From Somniosus microcephalus (taxonomy: Eukaryota), in the NCBI GenBank assembly GCA_052327205.1, contig CM126218.1, forward strand, positions 38,378,001-38,442,000: DNA of 64,000 nucleotides. Direction: 5' to 3'. The position numbers were made by a program, and so were the translations under genes. This document shows, piece by piece, positions 49,283-60,472 of this stretch (position 1 is the stretch's first letter; each line of letters begins with the position of its first letter). Under the pieces are notes generated by a model that was given only the letters and a program-made list of their open reading frames with translations, was not told the DNA's origin and searched no databases.

Positions 49283-50663
49283 GCTGGAGTGGCGCTAATC
49301 TACAGAACAAATGGGAAACTGTTCAACCCCCGTCGCCTCCAGTCCAGATCCAAGGTCGTCCCATCCTCTGTCATCGAATTACAGTATGCAGACGACGCTT
49401 GTGTCTGCGCTCACTTGGAGGTCAAACTCCAAACCTTCGTCAACACCTTCACCGAAGCGTACGAGAGCATGGGCCTTACACTAAACATCCGTAAGACAAA
49501 GGTCCTCTACCAACCTGCCCCACCACACAGTACTGCCCCACGATTATCAAAATCCACGACGAGGCCTTGGACAACGTGGACAACTTTCAATACCTCGGGA
49601 GCCTACTGTCAACAAGGGCAGACGTCGATGACGAAGTCCAACACCGCCTTCAGTGTGCCAGTGCAGCCTTCGGTCGCCTGAGGAAGAGAGTGTTTGAAGA
49701 CCAGGACCTCAAACCCGGCACTAAGCTCATGGTCTACAGAGTAGTAGTGGTACCCGCCCTCCTGTATGCTTCAGAGACATGGACCATGTACAGCAGGCAC
49801 CTCAAAGCACTGGAGAGGTACCACCAACGCTGCCTCTGCAAGATCCTGCAAATCTATTGGCAGGATAGGCACACCAACATCAGTGTTCTCGCACAGGCCA
49901 ACATCCCCAGCATCGAAGCTTTGACCACGCTCGATCAGCTCCAATGGATGGGTCACGTCGTCCGCATGCCCGATATGAGACTCCCAAAACAAGCGCTCTA
50001 CTCGGTGCTCCGACACGGCAAGAGACCACCAGGTGGGCAGAGGAAAAGCTTCAAGGACACCCTCAAAGCCTCCTTGAAAAAGTGCAACATCCCTGTATCG
50101 ATCAATAACATGTCATTCTATAGTGGACACTAGGTGGAGCTGTAGAGCTGGATATAGCTGTATGTACAAGACTACACTACCCAGCTGTATATATATTAAG
50201 ACTACATTACCCATGAGGCACTAGTACCCACAAGGCAACAGTCAAGATGGCAGCCTACACACAGGAGCACACATGCTGCATCTCTACAGATACTGTACCT
50301 AGAGAACAGTACTGAATAAATGACTAGCTAGAAGCTAGCTGTGTTCATAATAAGAATGTCTAGTTATTAATGAACATAACAATCCCCACCAACACCTGGG
50401 AATCCCTGGTCCAAGACCGCACAAAGTGGAGGAGAAGCATCTGGGAAGGCGCCAAACACCTCGAGTCTCTTCGCCGGGAGCAAGCGGAAGCCAAGCGCAA
50501 GGAGCGCACATCAACCCAAGCACCCCACCCACCCGCCCCTTCCACCACCGTCTGCCCCACCTGTGACAGAGACTGTAGGTGTCGCATTGGACTCATCAGT
50601 CACCTGCGAACTCATTTTTAGTGTGGAAGCAAGTCATCCTCGGTTCCGAGGGACTGCCTAAGA
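49283..50663 (+). mobile_element. RTE-clade LINE 3' part, interrupted by a solo LTR
   Basis: Frames give ELQYADDAC, GLTLNIRKTKVL, FQYLGSLLS, ASAAFGRLRKRVF, RLPKQALYS and C-terminal CPTCDRDCRCRIGLISHLRTHF. Tail gggactgcctaagaag. Confidence 0.93.
50094..50381 (+). mobile_element. Solo LTR (288 bp), probably Gypsy
   Basis: Starts TGT and ends ACA. 5-bp TSD ATCCC at 50089-50093 and 50382-50386. TATA-like tatatatatta near 50187 and AATAAA at 50315-50320. Confidence 0.88.
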
Positions 50664-51378
50664 AGGCGGCGGCAGTTATTGCATTTGTATTTCAACCCCA
50701 TCCTACATAACTATGTCCGACACCATGAAATAAAAGTTAAGATACATACTGGGGGGAGGCACCGAGTAGAGGCCAGGTGCTTCCCTACAGAATGAAAAGG
50801 AAAATCTTGGGTATTTTGTTTATTGTAAGCAGCTGTCCTTTTTAAGTGGTTGTATGATTTTTCTCTCACACTTTATTCACTGTGTCTACAAGTGGTAGCT
50901 CAACTGCAAAGCTGAGATGAAATGGAATCTTAGAGGAACCACATACAGTAACAAACTTAACCCTGGGTGCTGGGATCTGTTAGAGTTTCAGCCCCAGCTG
51001 CAGGGTGGAGTGTTGCTCCGACAGCTGATCATCCTGATGGGCTGTACCTCATCCTGGTGTTGCAATTCCAAACCAAATTAATTACTTCCAAACTGAATCA
51101 ATAGCCACTAACCAATGAAAGTGGCACTGGTGTTTGTTGTAATCATTAGATTTACTATTGACCCCTAAGGGTTTGGTTTGGGATACAAAGGATTGTCCAT
51201 TGTAAGTGGTCATCTGCAGTATCTGAGTTTAAATAAGTGAAGCTGATTGTATCTTAGATTTAACAACACAGAATGGAACCATTTGCAAGAAATCTCCCTT
51301 ATTAATAGGTCATAGGGCAAGCAGTTTCACTATTTTTCTTTTTTTCCCAAGCACAGGAGCTGAATATTATGTGGCCAT

Positions 51379-51614
51379 TGTTATGTCTGTGTGTCCCAGT
51401 TATGCTTATTATAAATCACTGGACACAGACCACAAGAATAACTTTAACAGGTCTTTACTATTCGGAGGTCAGGGCTGAACTGCCCAGCAAATCCCTACAC
51501 AACGTTTATATACCGGTGTGGTCACCACCGGTATTACAGTATACAGCAGCCAAGAGAAAGTAGTACATCCCTTAAGGTAGTTCTCTTAAGGTGGAACAGG
51601 TTACATACACCACA
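51379..51614 (-). repeat. 3' LTR (236 bp)
   Basis: tgttatgtctgtgtg...catacaccaca on the plus strand. Adjoins the PPT. Confidence 0.97.
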
Positions 51615-51628
51615 ATCCTCCCTTTTTA
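51615..51628 (-). other. Polypurine tract
   Basis: Minus strand taaaaagggaggat immediately before the 3' LTR. Confidence 0.85.
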
Positions 51629-51707
51629 GCTTAACAGTTATATCCCCATTTAACATAACATAATAACATATAGATATATATATATATACAACTTCATGCA
51701 AAACAGT

Positions 51708-54700
51708 TCAAAGATTCAGTCTCTGAGGAGGCCTCCTGATTCGAGTTGGATAACGCCTTTCAGGGGTCTCTGATTCTCGTTGCTGGGGTGACTCATCTAG
51801 TTGACCTCTTATGGATTGGACATCATCCTCAGGTACATTCATTTCTGAGGTAGATGCTTCAGGTTCACTAACTTCTTCCACGGTTGTCTCTGCCGTAACC
51901 CTGGGTTCGACCCTTGTTCTCGATTCTACCAGTTGGTCAGCATGACGCCGTATTACATTTTCACCAATATCTACTGTGTACATCAGGGGTCCTTGTCTGG
52001 CCCGAATTGTTCCAGATTGCCATTTCTCGTTTTTATAGTCCCGGGCTAACACTGGTTGTCCTATTTCGAAACTCCGAGTGGTCTTGTTATTTATATGCTG
52101 GAACTGTTTGTTTTCAACTTCCCTCCGCACATTTGGTTTTAACAAGTCCAACCTGGACCGCAACCTCCTGTTATAGAACATCATGGCAGGACTTTGGTTT
52201 GTCACTGCATGAGTGGCGTTTCGATATGCCAGTAGGAATTTGTCCACCTTGTGTTGTAGTGGAATCTGATCTTCGCTCATGGCCTTTATTGCTTTTTTGA
52301 ACGTTTGTACAAATCTCTCGGCCAACCCGTTTGTAGCCGGATGATATGGGGCAGAGGTATAATGTTTCACCCCATTCTTCTTCATGAATTTCTGGAATTC
52401 TTCTGACACAAACTGCGGTCCGTTGTCTGAACATATTTGTTCTGGCAATCCATTTCTTGCAAATATCGTTCTTAGCACCGCGATCGTCTTTTCCGAGGTA
52501 GTGGTAGTCATCTTAATCACTTCTGGCCATTTAGAATGTGCGTCCACCGCAATTAAAAACATGGAGTCCATGAATGGACCAGCAAAGTCAATATGTACAC
52601 GTTGCCATGGGGTTGAAGGCCATTCCCATGGATGCAACGGTGCAATCGGAGGTGCATTTTGCACTTTTTGGCACCCTGAGCAGCTTTTCGTCAGATCCTC
52701 TATCTGTTGGTCGATACCCGGCCACCACACATAAGCCCTAGCAAGGCTTTTCATCTGGACTCCCCCCAGATGACCTTCATGCAGTTCCTTTAGAACTCTC
52801 TCTCTTAACTTAGGAGGAATAATCACCCTTGTTCCATACATCAATGTTCCTTGACAGACGGACAGCTGTTCTCGTCTTGCTGAGAATGCCGGTAACAGTG
52901 GATCACCATGTGCTGGCCATCCCTTCACTGTCACTTCGTAGACCCGGGACAGTGTCGGGTCGTTCCTGGTTTCTCTTTCAATACTTGCATTGGTGACTGG
53001 TAAACATTCGATGATGGTCGAGTGAAATAACTCAACAGGGTCAACCGTCGGTGCCTCCTCCTCTGTAGGTAGTGGCAGGCGCGACAGCCCATCAGCATTA
53101 CCATGCTGCTTTGTACCTTTGAATTCGATCTGATATTGATGTGCCCCTAGGAAAAGGGACCATCTCTGGAGTCTCTGTGCTGTCATCACCGAAACACCCT
53201 TCTTAGGGTTAAAAATGGATACCAACGGCTGGTGGTCTGTCAGAAGCGTAAACTTTTGGCCCTGCAGGTAATGATTAAACTTCTTTACTCCCCACACAAG
53301 GCTGAGAGCCTCCCTATCTATCTGAGCATAGTTGCGCTCAGCGGAGGTCAATGATCTGGATGTGAACGCAACTGGCCTCTCCAGGCCATTTGGCAATTTG
53401 TGTGAGAGTACTGCCCCAATACCATATGGAGAAGCATCACAAGCCAAACGAATAGGCAGCGTTGGGTTGAAGTGAGCCAACACTTCCTCTGAGGTGATCA
53501 ATGCCTTGCTTTTGCGAAAGGCCCTCTTACAGCCCTCGCTCCACTTCCATGGTACTCCCTTCTGCAAAAGAGCGTTCAGCGGGTGCAGCACCGTGGATAA
53601 ATTTGGCAGAAACTTATGGTAATAGTTAATCAACCCTAGGAACGACCTCAACTGGGATACATTATCCGGAGCGGGAGCCTTCACAACAGCTTCGATCTTG
53701 TCAGGAGACTTATGAAGCCCCTCCTGGTCAATGACATGACCACAGTACGAGATCCGCTTCTGAAAGAACTCACATTTCTGGCGATTAACTCGAAGTCCAT
53801 ATTCTTTCAATCTGGTGAGCACCAATTCCAAATTTGCAAGGTGTTCCTCGTCATCATCTCCTGTAATCAGAATATCGTCCAGGTAACATTGTGTGCCTGG
53901 AATTCCCTGTAATACCTGCTCCATGGCCCTCTGCCAAATTGCTGGAGCTGATGCCACTCCAAAAACCAGTCTATTATACCGGTACAAGCCTCTATGCGTG
54001 TTGATCGTGAGATACTGGCGTGACTCTTCCTCAACTTCCATCTGTAAGTACGCCTGCGCCAGGTCTATCTTGGTGAAGTGTTTCCCGCCAGACAACGAAG
54101 CGAAGATATCCTCAATCCGCGGAAGCGGATACTGCGCCGTGTGAAGCACCGGGTTAACAGTGATCTTGAAATCTCCACAGATGCGAACCTTCCCCGGTTC
54201 CCCCGGCTTGTTGCTCGATGAACGCTTCATGATGGGGACAATGGGCGTGGCCCACTCACTCCAGTCTACCTTAGACAGTACTCCTGAACGTTCTAGCCCT
54301 TCCAGCTCAGCTTCCACAGCAGGTCGTGTCGCATAAGGTACCGGTCTGGCTTTGAAAAATTTCGGGTTTGCATGTTCTTCAACCTTGATGTTTGCCGTAA
54401 TTCCTCTCAGTGTTCCCAGTCCCTGTTGGAACACCTCTTTAGCATCGTCCAATATTCTGGACAATCGTTTAGGTTTGACATCTTTTTTATCGGAATCTAC
54501 CGTTAGTGCTTTTAAGGAATGCCAGTCCATATTTATTTTCCTAATCCACTCCCGTCCCAGTAGTGGTGGACCTCCCTCAGGTAGCACATATAAGTCCATT
54601 CCTCGGCTTTCTTTGCCCTTGTGGACCACCTTTACCTCTATCTTCCCGATGGGGTATACTCTTTGCCCCGTGTATGTTTTCAATACAATCTCCGTATCCC

Positions 54701-55112
54701 GTAGGGGAATATGTGGGAATAACCTTTTGTAATCTTGCTTATTCATGACCGTCAATGCCGATCCAGTGTCCAATTCCATCTTCACTTGGACTCCTGCTAT
54801 CTGAAGTGTGACCCAGATTGTTTGGAAGTCTGCTTCATTACCAACATTGTGTACTCTTAGACTACCCAGTTCATTACTGCTGGAGTCTGAATTTGACTTC
54901 TGTTCGTTCGAACTGTTCTCTGTCACCTTGTGTACCTTTCTGTACTTTTCCTGCAGTGACTTTTTGTTGCTGGTCTTCTTTCCTGACCGGCATACTTTAG
55001 CTATGTGACCAAGCCTGCCACATTTTCTGCATTCCTGATTTTTGAACCAGCACTGGTTCTGATCGTGCGTTGTCTTTCCACAACGATAACATTTTACTGT
55101 ACCCAAGACCAT
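51708..55112 (-). CDS. Gypsy NC-Pol region (zinc knuckles, aspartic protease, RT, RNase H, integrase), 1134 aa
   Basis: Knuckles CYRCGKTTHDQNQC and CRKCGRLGHIAKVC; protease LDTGS; RT VRICGDFK and YLDD; RNase H ACDAS and LLTDHQPL; integrase HEGH..CSGC, HIDFAGP, SDNGPQF and NGLAERF. Confidence 0.97.
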   Translation of the reverse strand: MVLGTVKCYRCGKTTHDQNQCWFKNQECRKCGRLGHIAKVCRSGKKTSNKKSLQEKYRKVHKVTENSSNEQKSNSDSSSNELGSLRVHNVGNEADFQTIWVTLQIAGVQVKMELDTGSALTVMNKQDYKRLFPHIPLRDTEIVLKTYTGQRVYPIGKIEVKVVHKGKESRGMDLYVLPEGGPPLLGREWIRKINMDWHSLKALTVDSDKKDVKPKRLSRILDDAKEVFQQGLGTLRGITANIKVEEHANPKFFKARPVPYATRPAVEAELEGLERSGVLSKVDWSEWATPIVPIMKRSSSNKPGEPGKVRICGDFKITVNPVLHTAQYPLPRIEDIFASLSGGKHFTKIDLAQAYLQMEVEEESRQYLTINTHRGLYRYNRLVFGVASAPAIWQRAMEQVLQGIPGTQCYLDDILITGDDDEEHLANLELVLTRLKEYGLRVNRQKCEFFQKRISYCGHVIDQEGLHKSPDKIEAVVKAPAPDNVSQLRSFLGLINYYHKFLPNLSTVLHPLNALLQKGVPWKWSEGCKRAFRKSKALITSEEVLAHFNPTLPIRLACDASPYGIGAVLSHKLPNGLERPVAFTSRSLTSAERNYAQIDREALSLVWGVKKFNHYLQGQKFTLLTDHQPLVSIFNPKKGVSVMTAQRLQRWSLFLGAHQYQIEFKGTKQHGNADGLSRLPLPTEEEAPTVDPVELFHSTIIECLPVTNASIERETRNDPTLSRVYEVTVKGWPAHGDPLLPAFSARREQLSVCQGTLMYGTRVIIPPKLRERVLKELHEGHLGGVQMKSLARAYVWWPGIDQQIEDLTKSCSGCQKVQNAPPIAPLHPWEWPSTPWQRVHIDFAGPFMDSMFLIAVDAHSKWPEVIKMTTTTSEKTIAVLRTIFARNGLPEQICSDNGPQFVSEEFQKFMKKNGVKHYTSAPYHPATNGLAERFVQTFKKAIKAMSEDQIPLQHKVDKFLLAYRNATHAVTNQSPAMMFYNRRLRSRLDLLKPNVRREVENKQFQHINNKTTRSFEIGQPVLARDYKNEKWQSGTIRARQGPLMYTVDIGENVIRRHADQLVESRTRVEPRVTAETTVEEVSEPEASTSEMNVPEDDVQSIRGQLDESPQQRESETPERRYPTRIRRPPQRLNL

Positions 55113-55142
55113 TTGATTGGTGCTGAGTTCCGGTGACCGTAG

Positions 55143-55661
55143 CTACATTTCCGCAGTGCCTCTCGCTGCGGCTTCGTGCGATGCTGCAATAGTGACAGCT
55201 TTATCAAGCATAAGATCATTCTCCTCAAGCAGTCGCTTTTGTGTTCCTTCTTTTAACAATCCACACACAAATTTATCTCTCAGCGCATCTGCTAGTCCTG
55301 TTCCAAACTGACAGTACTTTGATAGCTTACGCAGTTCAATTAAAAATTCAGCGTTGCTTTCGTCTTTCAGCTGCGTTCTTCTGTAAAATTTAAATCGTTC
55401 CGCTATCATCAGCGGCGTGGGGTTTAAATGATTTTTCAGGACAGTAACAATATTCGCGAAAGTCTGATCCGCCGGTTTATCTGGTGATAGAAGGTGCTTC
55501 AATAGCACGTATGTCTTCGCACCCATTGAGCTTAATAAGGTTAGTGCTTTCTCATCATCTGGTACCTTATTTGCTTTACAATAAACTTCCATGCGTTCTA
55601 CATACGTGGTCCAATCTTCGATATCGCTATCAAAGGTATTAATGTTCCCATGTTTAGGCAT
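55143..55661 (-). CDS. Gypsy Gag (capsid-like) N-terminal part, 172 aa, in frame with the downstream ORF
   Basis: FDSDIEDWTTYVER, AERFKFYRRTQ and LRDKFVCGL are Gag motifs typical of Mag-like elements. Ends at TAG 55143-55145. Confidence 0.9.
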   Translation of the reverse strand: MPKHGNINTFDSDIEDWTTYVERMEVYCKANKVPDDEKALTLLSSMGAKTYVLLKHLLSPDKPADQTFANIVTVLKNHLNPTPLMIAERFKFYRRTQLKDESNAEFLIELRKLSKYCQFGTGLADALRDKFVCGLLKEGTQKRLLEENDLMLDKAVTIAASHEAAARGTAEM

Positions 55662-56380
55662 CCTTGCAAGTTTTTAAATTTTTCTTTCTCTCAAAATGGC
55701 GGCTTCCCGCGCTTGTCTTCTTCCCCCGCCTACTAAAATGGCGGCTTCCCGCGCTTGGCGGTCTTTCCCGCGCTCGTCGTCTTCCCCCGCCGACTACAAT
55801 GGCGGATTCCCGCGTTTGCCTTCTTCCCCCGCTGGCTGCAATGGCGATTGCCGTGCTGCTGCCGTTCTCGCCTCCCCAGCGGTTCTCAATTCCCCGACGC
55901 TGCTTTTACTCCCCCGCGGTTCCCGTGGGCATTCACGCTTCCCCTGCTGTTGGGCCTCTCAGCCCCGCATGCAGCCCGGTCCTTTACACCGGCTGCGTTT
56001 GAGTTCTCCGCGGCTCTCGTGCCTTAAGCTGCCCCAGTCGCTGCGCGCCTCGGCCTCGATTGCAGCCCGGCCCTTTTCACCGGCCGCGGTCGAGTTCTCC
56101 GCCCTTTTTCCTCCGTTTTCCCTCCCCCACTCCACAGTCAACGTGGCCGACTTTCTGCTCGTGTCGCTGATTGGCTTACCCACCACCGTGGTAGAAGGGA
56201 TGATCACTGCCTGTCGCTGATGGAGGGCTTCGTGGTCAGAATTTTTCTTTTTAACCCGGGTTCTCGATGCCTCCCGTGCGATGGTGCTCAGCAGGATGAT
56301 GAGGGCGGCTGCCTCTTCTCGACGCCCGTTCGGAGGACGAAGCTGCCTTGGATGTAAAACTGCCGCAGGGTAAGATCGGA

Positions 56381-56390
56381 CTCGTCGCCA
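56381..56390 (-). other. Primer binding site, TGGCGACGAG (tRNA-Ser-like)
   Basis: One nucleotide from the 5' LTR end. Complementary to a tRNA 3' end CUCGUCG-CCA, as in vertebrate tRNA-Ser(GCU) (from recall). Confidence 0.8.
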
Positions 56391-56391
56391 C

Positions 56392-56628
56392 TGTTATGTC
56401 TGTGTGTCCCAGTTATGCTTATTATAAATCACTGGACACAGACCACAAGAATAACTTTTAACAGGTCTTTACTATTCGGAGGTCAGGGCTGAACTGCCCA
56501 GCAAATCCCTACACAACGTTTATATACCGGTGTGGTCACCACCGGTATTACAGTATACAGCAGCCAAGAGAAAGTAGTACATCTCTTAAGGTAGTTCTCT
56601 TAAGGTGGAACAGGTTACATACACCACA
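56392..56628 (-). repeat. 5' LTR (237 bp)
   Basis: Matches 51379-51614 except for one T indel and one C/T substitution. Confidence 0.97.
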
Positions 56629-56871
56629 GCCATGCCTTCTGTTGCCTAGGTCCTAAGCTCTGGAATTCCCTACCTAAACCTCTCTGCCTCTCTACCCTCC
56701 TTTAAGACGCTCCTTAAAACTTACCTCTTTGACCAAGCTGTTGGTCACCTCCCCTAATTTCTCCTTATGTGGCTCGGTGTCAAATCTTTTGTCTTATAAC
56801 ACTCCTGTGAAGCACCTTGGGACGTTTTACTATGTCAAAGGCGCTATATAAATACAAGTTGTTGTTGTTGT
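56629..56871 (+). mobile_element. L2 LINE (or L2-tailed SINE) 3' end hosting the Gypsy insertion
   Basis: gccatgccttctgttgcctaggtcctaagctctggaattccct...gcgctatataaatacaagttgttgttgttg. It is the reverse complement of the 3' part of 60473-60905. Its 5' stub gtggccat is at 51371-51378. Confidence 0.8.
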
Positions 56872-57469
56872 CTCCAAGGTGAGGATTGCCAGTGCTGGGC
56901 AATTTAACAGTCGACTTTGTCAGTAATGTCTGACATGAATCTTGCCATTCATGTAGAAATGACTTATGGAATAATACTGAGCGGCCTGCTGATGGCGCTG
57001 TCCAGGGAGAGTATAAATACTCGGGCACGGGCCCAGCTTGCTCAGGACATTTTGTAAACAGGAACTAGTGAAGGACAACTAGACCTCCATGTTGCGAAAC
57101 AGTTGATTAAAGCCTTGTTTAATACTCAGACCAAGTGCCTAGTAGTTTTCTTACGTCATTGTCAGTACTATTCTCTCCCAGGTCAGGTACAATGCAAAGC
57201 ATCTGCAGAGTAAAACTCCAGCTTCTCTACGCCAACTGTGTACCTTAACCCAAACCTCAGAAGAACATTGCATTCTGCACCAGTGTGATTTTTTCCCCCA
57301 TTTCTCACACCATCCATTCACTGGCCTTTTTGCGTAAGTTGCCAAAATGGTACCAATTAGCGCTAAATTGCAGGCAATTTTAGGCTGAGAGCCCTAGATA
57401 CTGGATTGAGACTTATTTCAGGCAAGGTCCTTAAACCAGCAGGGACAGGAGACTTCTATTTCATCAGTC

Positions 57470-57530
57470 TCGGCTGAATTCAAACCCCAGTCCCTGATGT
57501 GAAAGGATAGTGTGCTAACCCACTGTGCCA
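57470..57530 (-). mobile_element. tRNA-derived SINE head fragment
   Basis: Reverse complement reads tggcacagtgggttagcacactatcctttcacatcagggactggggtttgaattcagcc, with A/B-box-like motifs. Confidence 0.5.
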
Positions 57531-58042
57531 ACATTTTCATTCATTTGAAATATTCCTGAAGCTAACAACGAGTTTAATGCTGTCTCAGAGCTTAGTGTCT
57601 GGCAAATGAAGAGTTACGCCCATCACCTATTTCATCTCATTTCAATGTTTGAACATAGAGTGATTCAATTCCATTCAAATTCTATCTCAATTCATCGCAG
57701 GGTTTTAATTTATTAAAAGCCAACTTAACCCCAAGTTTAACTGTGAAGAAGATGAAGCTCATCAGTTATTATCGCCCAATGTAAATGTACAGCAAAGGTG
57801 ATCAGAGTTCATAAGAAAAATGAATTGTCAATCACAGATTTAACTAGTATCAAAATACTAGCTGCTTCAGTACTTTTGCATACACAGATAAAACATCATT
57901 TAGATGCATATATGCATATCAGAAAAAATGTAAATAATGGAAATTTGACATTAAAATTAGAAAATGCTGGAAGTACAAACCAAGTATCTCAGTATCTAGA
58001 AAGAGAAAAGATAGGACCAAAAGACAAGAGGCTGATATTGTA

Positions 58043-59598
58043 GGGAAATGGTGTTAGAGAAATTGACGGGATTGAAGGCCGATAAATCCCCAGGGCCTGA
58101 TAATCTACATCCTAGGGTACTTAAGGAAGTGGTCCTAGAAATAGTAGATGCATTGCTGGTCATCTTCCAAAATTCTATAGACTCTGGAACAGTACCCATG
58201 GATTGGAGGGTAGCTAATGTTACCCCACTGTTCAAAAAAGGTGGTAGAGAGAAAACGGGGAATTACAGACCGGTAAGCCTGACATCGGTAGTGGGGAAAA
58301 TGCTAGAGTCCATTATAAAAGATGTAATGGCAGAGCACTTGGAAAACAGTGACCGGATCGGACAAAGTCAACATGGATTTACAAAAGGTAAATCGTGCTT
58401 GACTAATCTACTGGAATTTTTTGAGGATGTAACTGGTAAAATAGATAAGGGAGAACCAGTGGATGTGGTGTATTTGGACTTTCAAAAGGCTTTCGATAAG
58501 GTCCCACATAAGAGATTAGCGTGTAAAGTTAAGGCACATGGGATTGGGGGCAAGGTATTGACTTGGATAGAGAACTGGTTGGCAGACAGAAAGCAAAGAG
58601 TTGGAATAAACGGCTCTTTTTCCGAGTGGCAGGCAGTGACTAGTGGGGTACCGCAGGGATCGGTCCTTGGACCCCAGCTATTCACAACATATATTAATGA
58701 TCTAGACGAGGGAACTAGATGTAATATCTCCAAGTTTGCAGACGGCACAAAGCTGGGTGGGCTGTGAGGAGGATGCCGAGAAACTCCAGTATGATTTGGA
58801 CAGGTTGGGTGATTGGGCAGAAGCATGGCAGATGCAATAGAACGTGGATAAATGCGAGGTTATCCACTTTGGTGTCAAAAACAAGGCGGCAGATTATTAT
58901 CTGAATGGCAATAGATTGGGAGAAGGGGAAGTGCAACGAGACCTGGGCGTCCTTGTGCACCAGTCACTGAAGGTAAGCATGCAGGTGCAGCAGGCGGTTA
59001 AGAAGGCAAATGGTATGTTGGCCTTCGTAGCGAGAGGATTCGAGTACAGGAACAAGGATGTCTTGCTACAGTTGTACAGGGCCTTGGTGAGACCACATCT
59101 TGAGTATTGTGTGCAGTTTTGGTCGCCTTATCTGAGGAAGGATGTTCTTGCCATGGAAGGAGTGCAGTGAAGATTCACCAGGCTGATACCTGGGATGGCA
59201 GGAATGACGTATGAGGAGAGATTGGGTCGATTGGGCTTGTACTCGCTGGAGTTTAGAAGAATGAGAGGGGATCTCATTGAAACTTATAAAATTCTAACAG
59301 GACTAGATGCAAGAAGGATGTTCCCGATGGTCGGGGAGTCCAGAACCAGGGGTGACAGTCTAAGGATAAGGGGTAAGCCATTTAGGACAGAGAAGAAGAG
59401 GAATTTCTTTACCCAGAGAGTGGTGAACCTGTGGAATTCTCTTCCACAGAAGGCAGTAGAGGCCAATTCATTAAATATATTCAAGAAGGAGTTGAATATA
59501 TTTCTTAAGGCTAAAGGGATCAAGGGATATGGGGAGAAAGCAGGGACAGGGTAGTGAATGGGCCGAATGGCCTACTCCTGCTCCTATCTTCTATGTTT
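58043..59598 (+). mobile_element. CR1 LINE, 5'-truncated, with stops and a frameshift
   Basis: [48 protein letters not shown] and FADGTK. Short deletion near the 3' end. Tail tctatgttt. Confidence 0.95.
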
Positions 59599-60472
59599 AT
59601 AACTCCATTACAAAGCAGCAGTTGATGAATTTAATAGTCTGTTAACTGATATTTTAAAAAGCTCAAAGAGAGGTGAAAGTGCTGGTCATCTTAGATGGCA
59701 AAAGGTGAGTAAAAGAGCTCAAATGGAGTGGATGAAATGGGATGTGAATGGGAGAGACTGGATGCAAAATGGAATATACAGCTGAAGATTGTTGATAACA
59801 ACTCAAACCAGAGGCCTGCAGGATTCCCAGGATGGCGATAGGATACTGTACCTGAAGTGCCTGGGGAGCTGTAGTTGAAAGTAGAATTAATGTAGGAGTG
59901 AATTAGAATGTAGCAGAAGGAATAGTCTCTGCACAGAGGTGGTGCTATTTGGACCTTGTAGTAGATTGCAGAAATGGAGAAAGAAGATTTTGAGGATGCA
60001 GAGGCTACTGGGATAGAAGATGAGAACAAAAGAGGACATATTGCTGTAAGAGGAGGGAGAGAGAGTCAGAATGGAGACACAGGAAATGGGGCAGATGTGG
60101 CCAATTCCACACCAGTCCATTATATTGTATTCACTGCTTACAATGCAGTCTCCTGTATATAGCATGGGCGAGATGTAGGGTTCAGCTGAATCTGAACCCA
60201 GACATGAAAGGATAATGTTTTATTACACAGATGAAACCAATCCCTTCGATCTCATGTTGTGCGTACACTGATAATTTTTGAGGTCTGGGAATGCAACTCA
60301 AGATAGAAAATAAAGGAATGAAAGAATGTGGATAGATAGGATCAGCTGCTTTTCTCTAACTGCAACTAAAGCTATTAGTTATATAATAGGAACATCTTTT
60401 GAGGACTTGGGATAATGAAAGTTGACTTTAATTTTCAATGAGGTTAATGCAATTATGGCAATGCTCTATTGC

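Larger units (their letters stand above)
51379..56628 (-). mobile_element. Full-length Ty3/Gypsy LTR retrotransposon (Mag-like), 5250 bp
   Basis: LTRs 51379-51614 and 56392-56628 (TG...CA, 2 differences). TSD GCCAT on both sides. PBS and PPT present. Domain order gag-PR-RT-RH-IN, no env. Confidence 0.98.

Noticed and set aside
51629-51707. env-like third ORF in the LTR element
   Set aside because: Only ~80 AT-rich nucleotides separate the pol stop from the PPT.
51914-55311. Plus-strand ORFs overlapping gag-pol
   Set aside because: Antisense shadows of a coding sequence, with no motifs.
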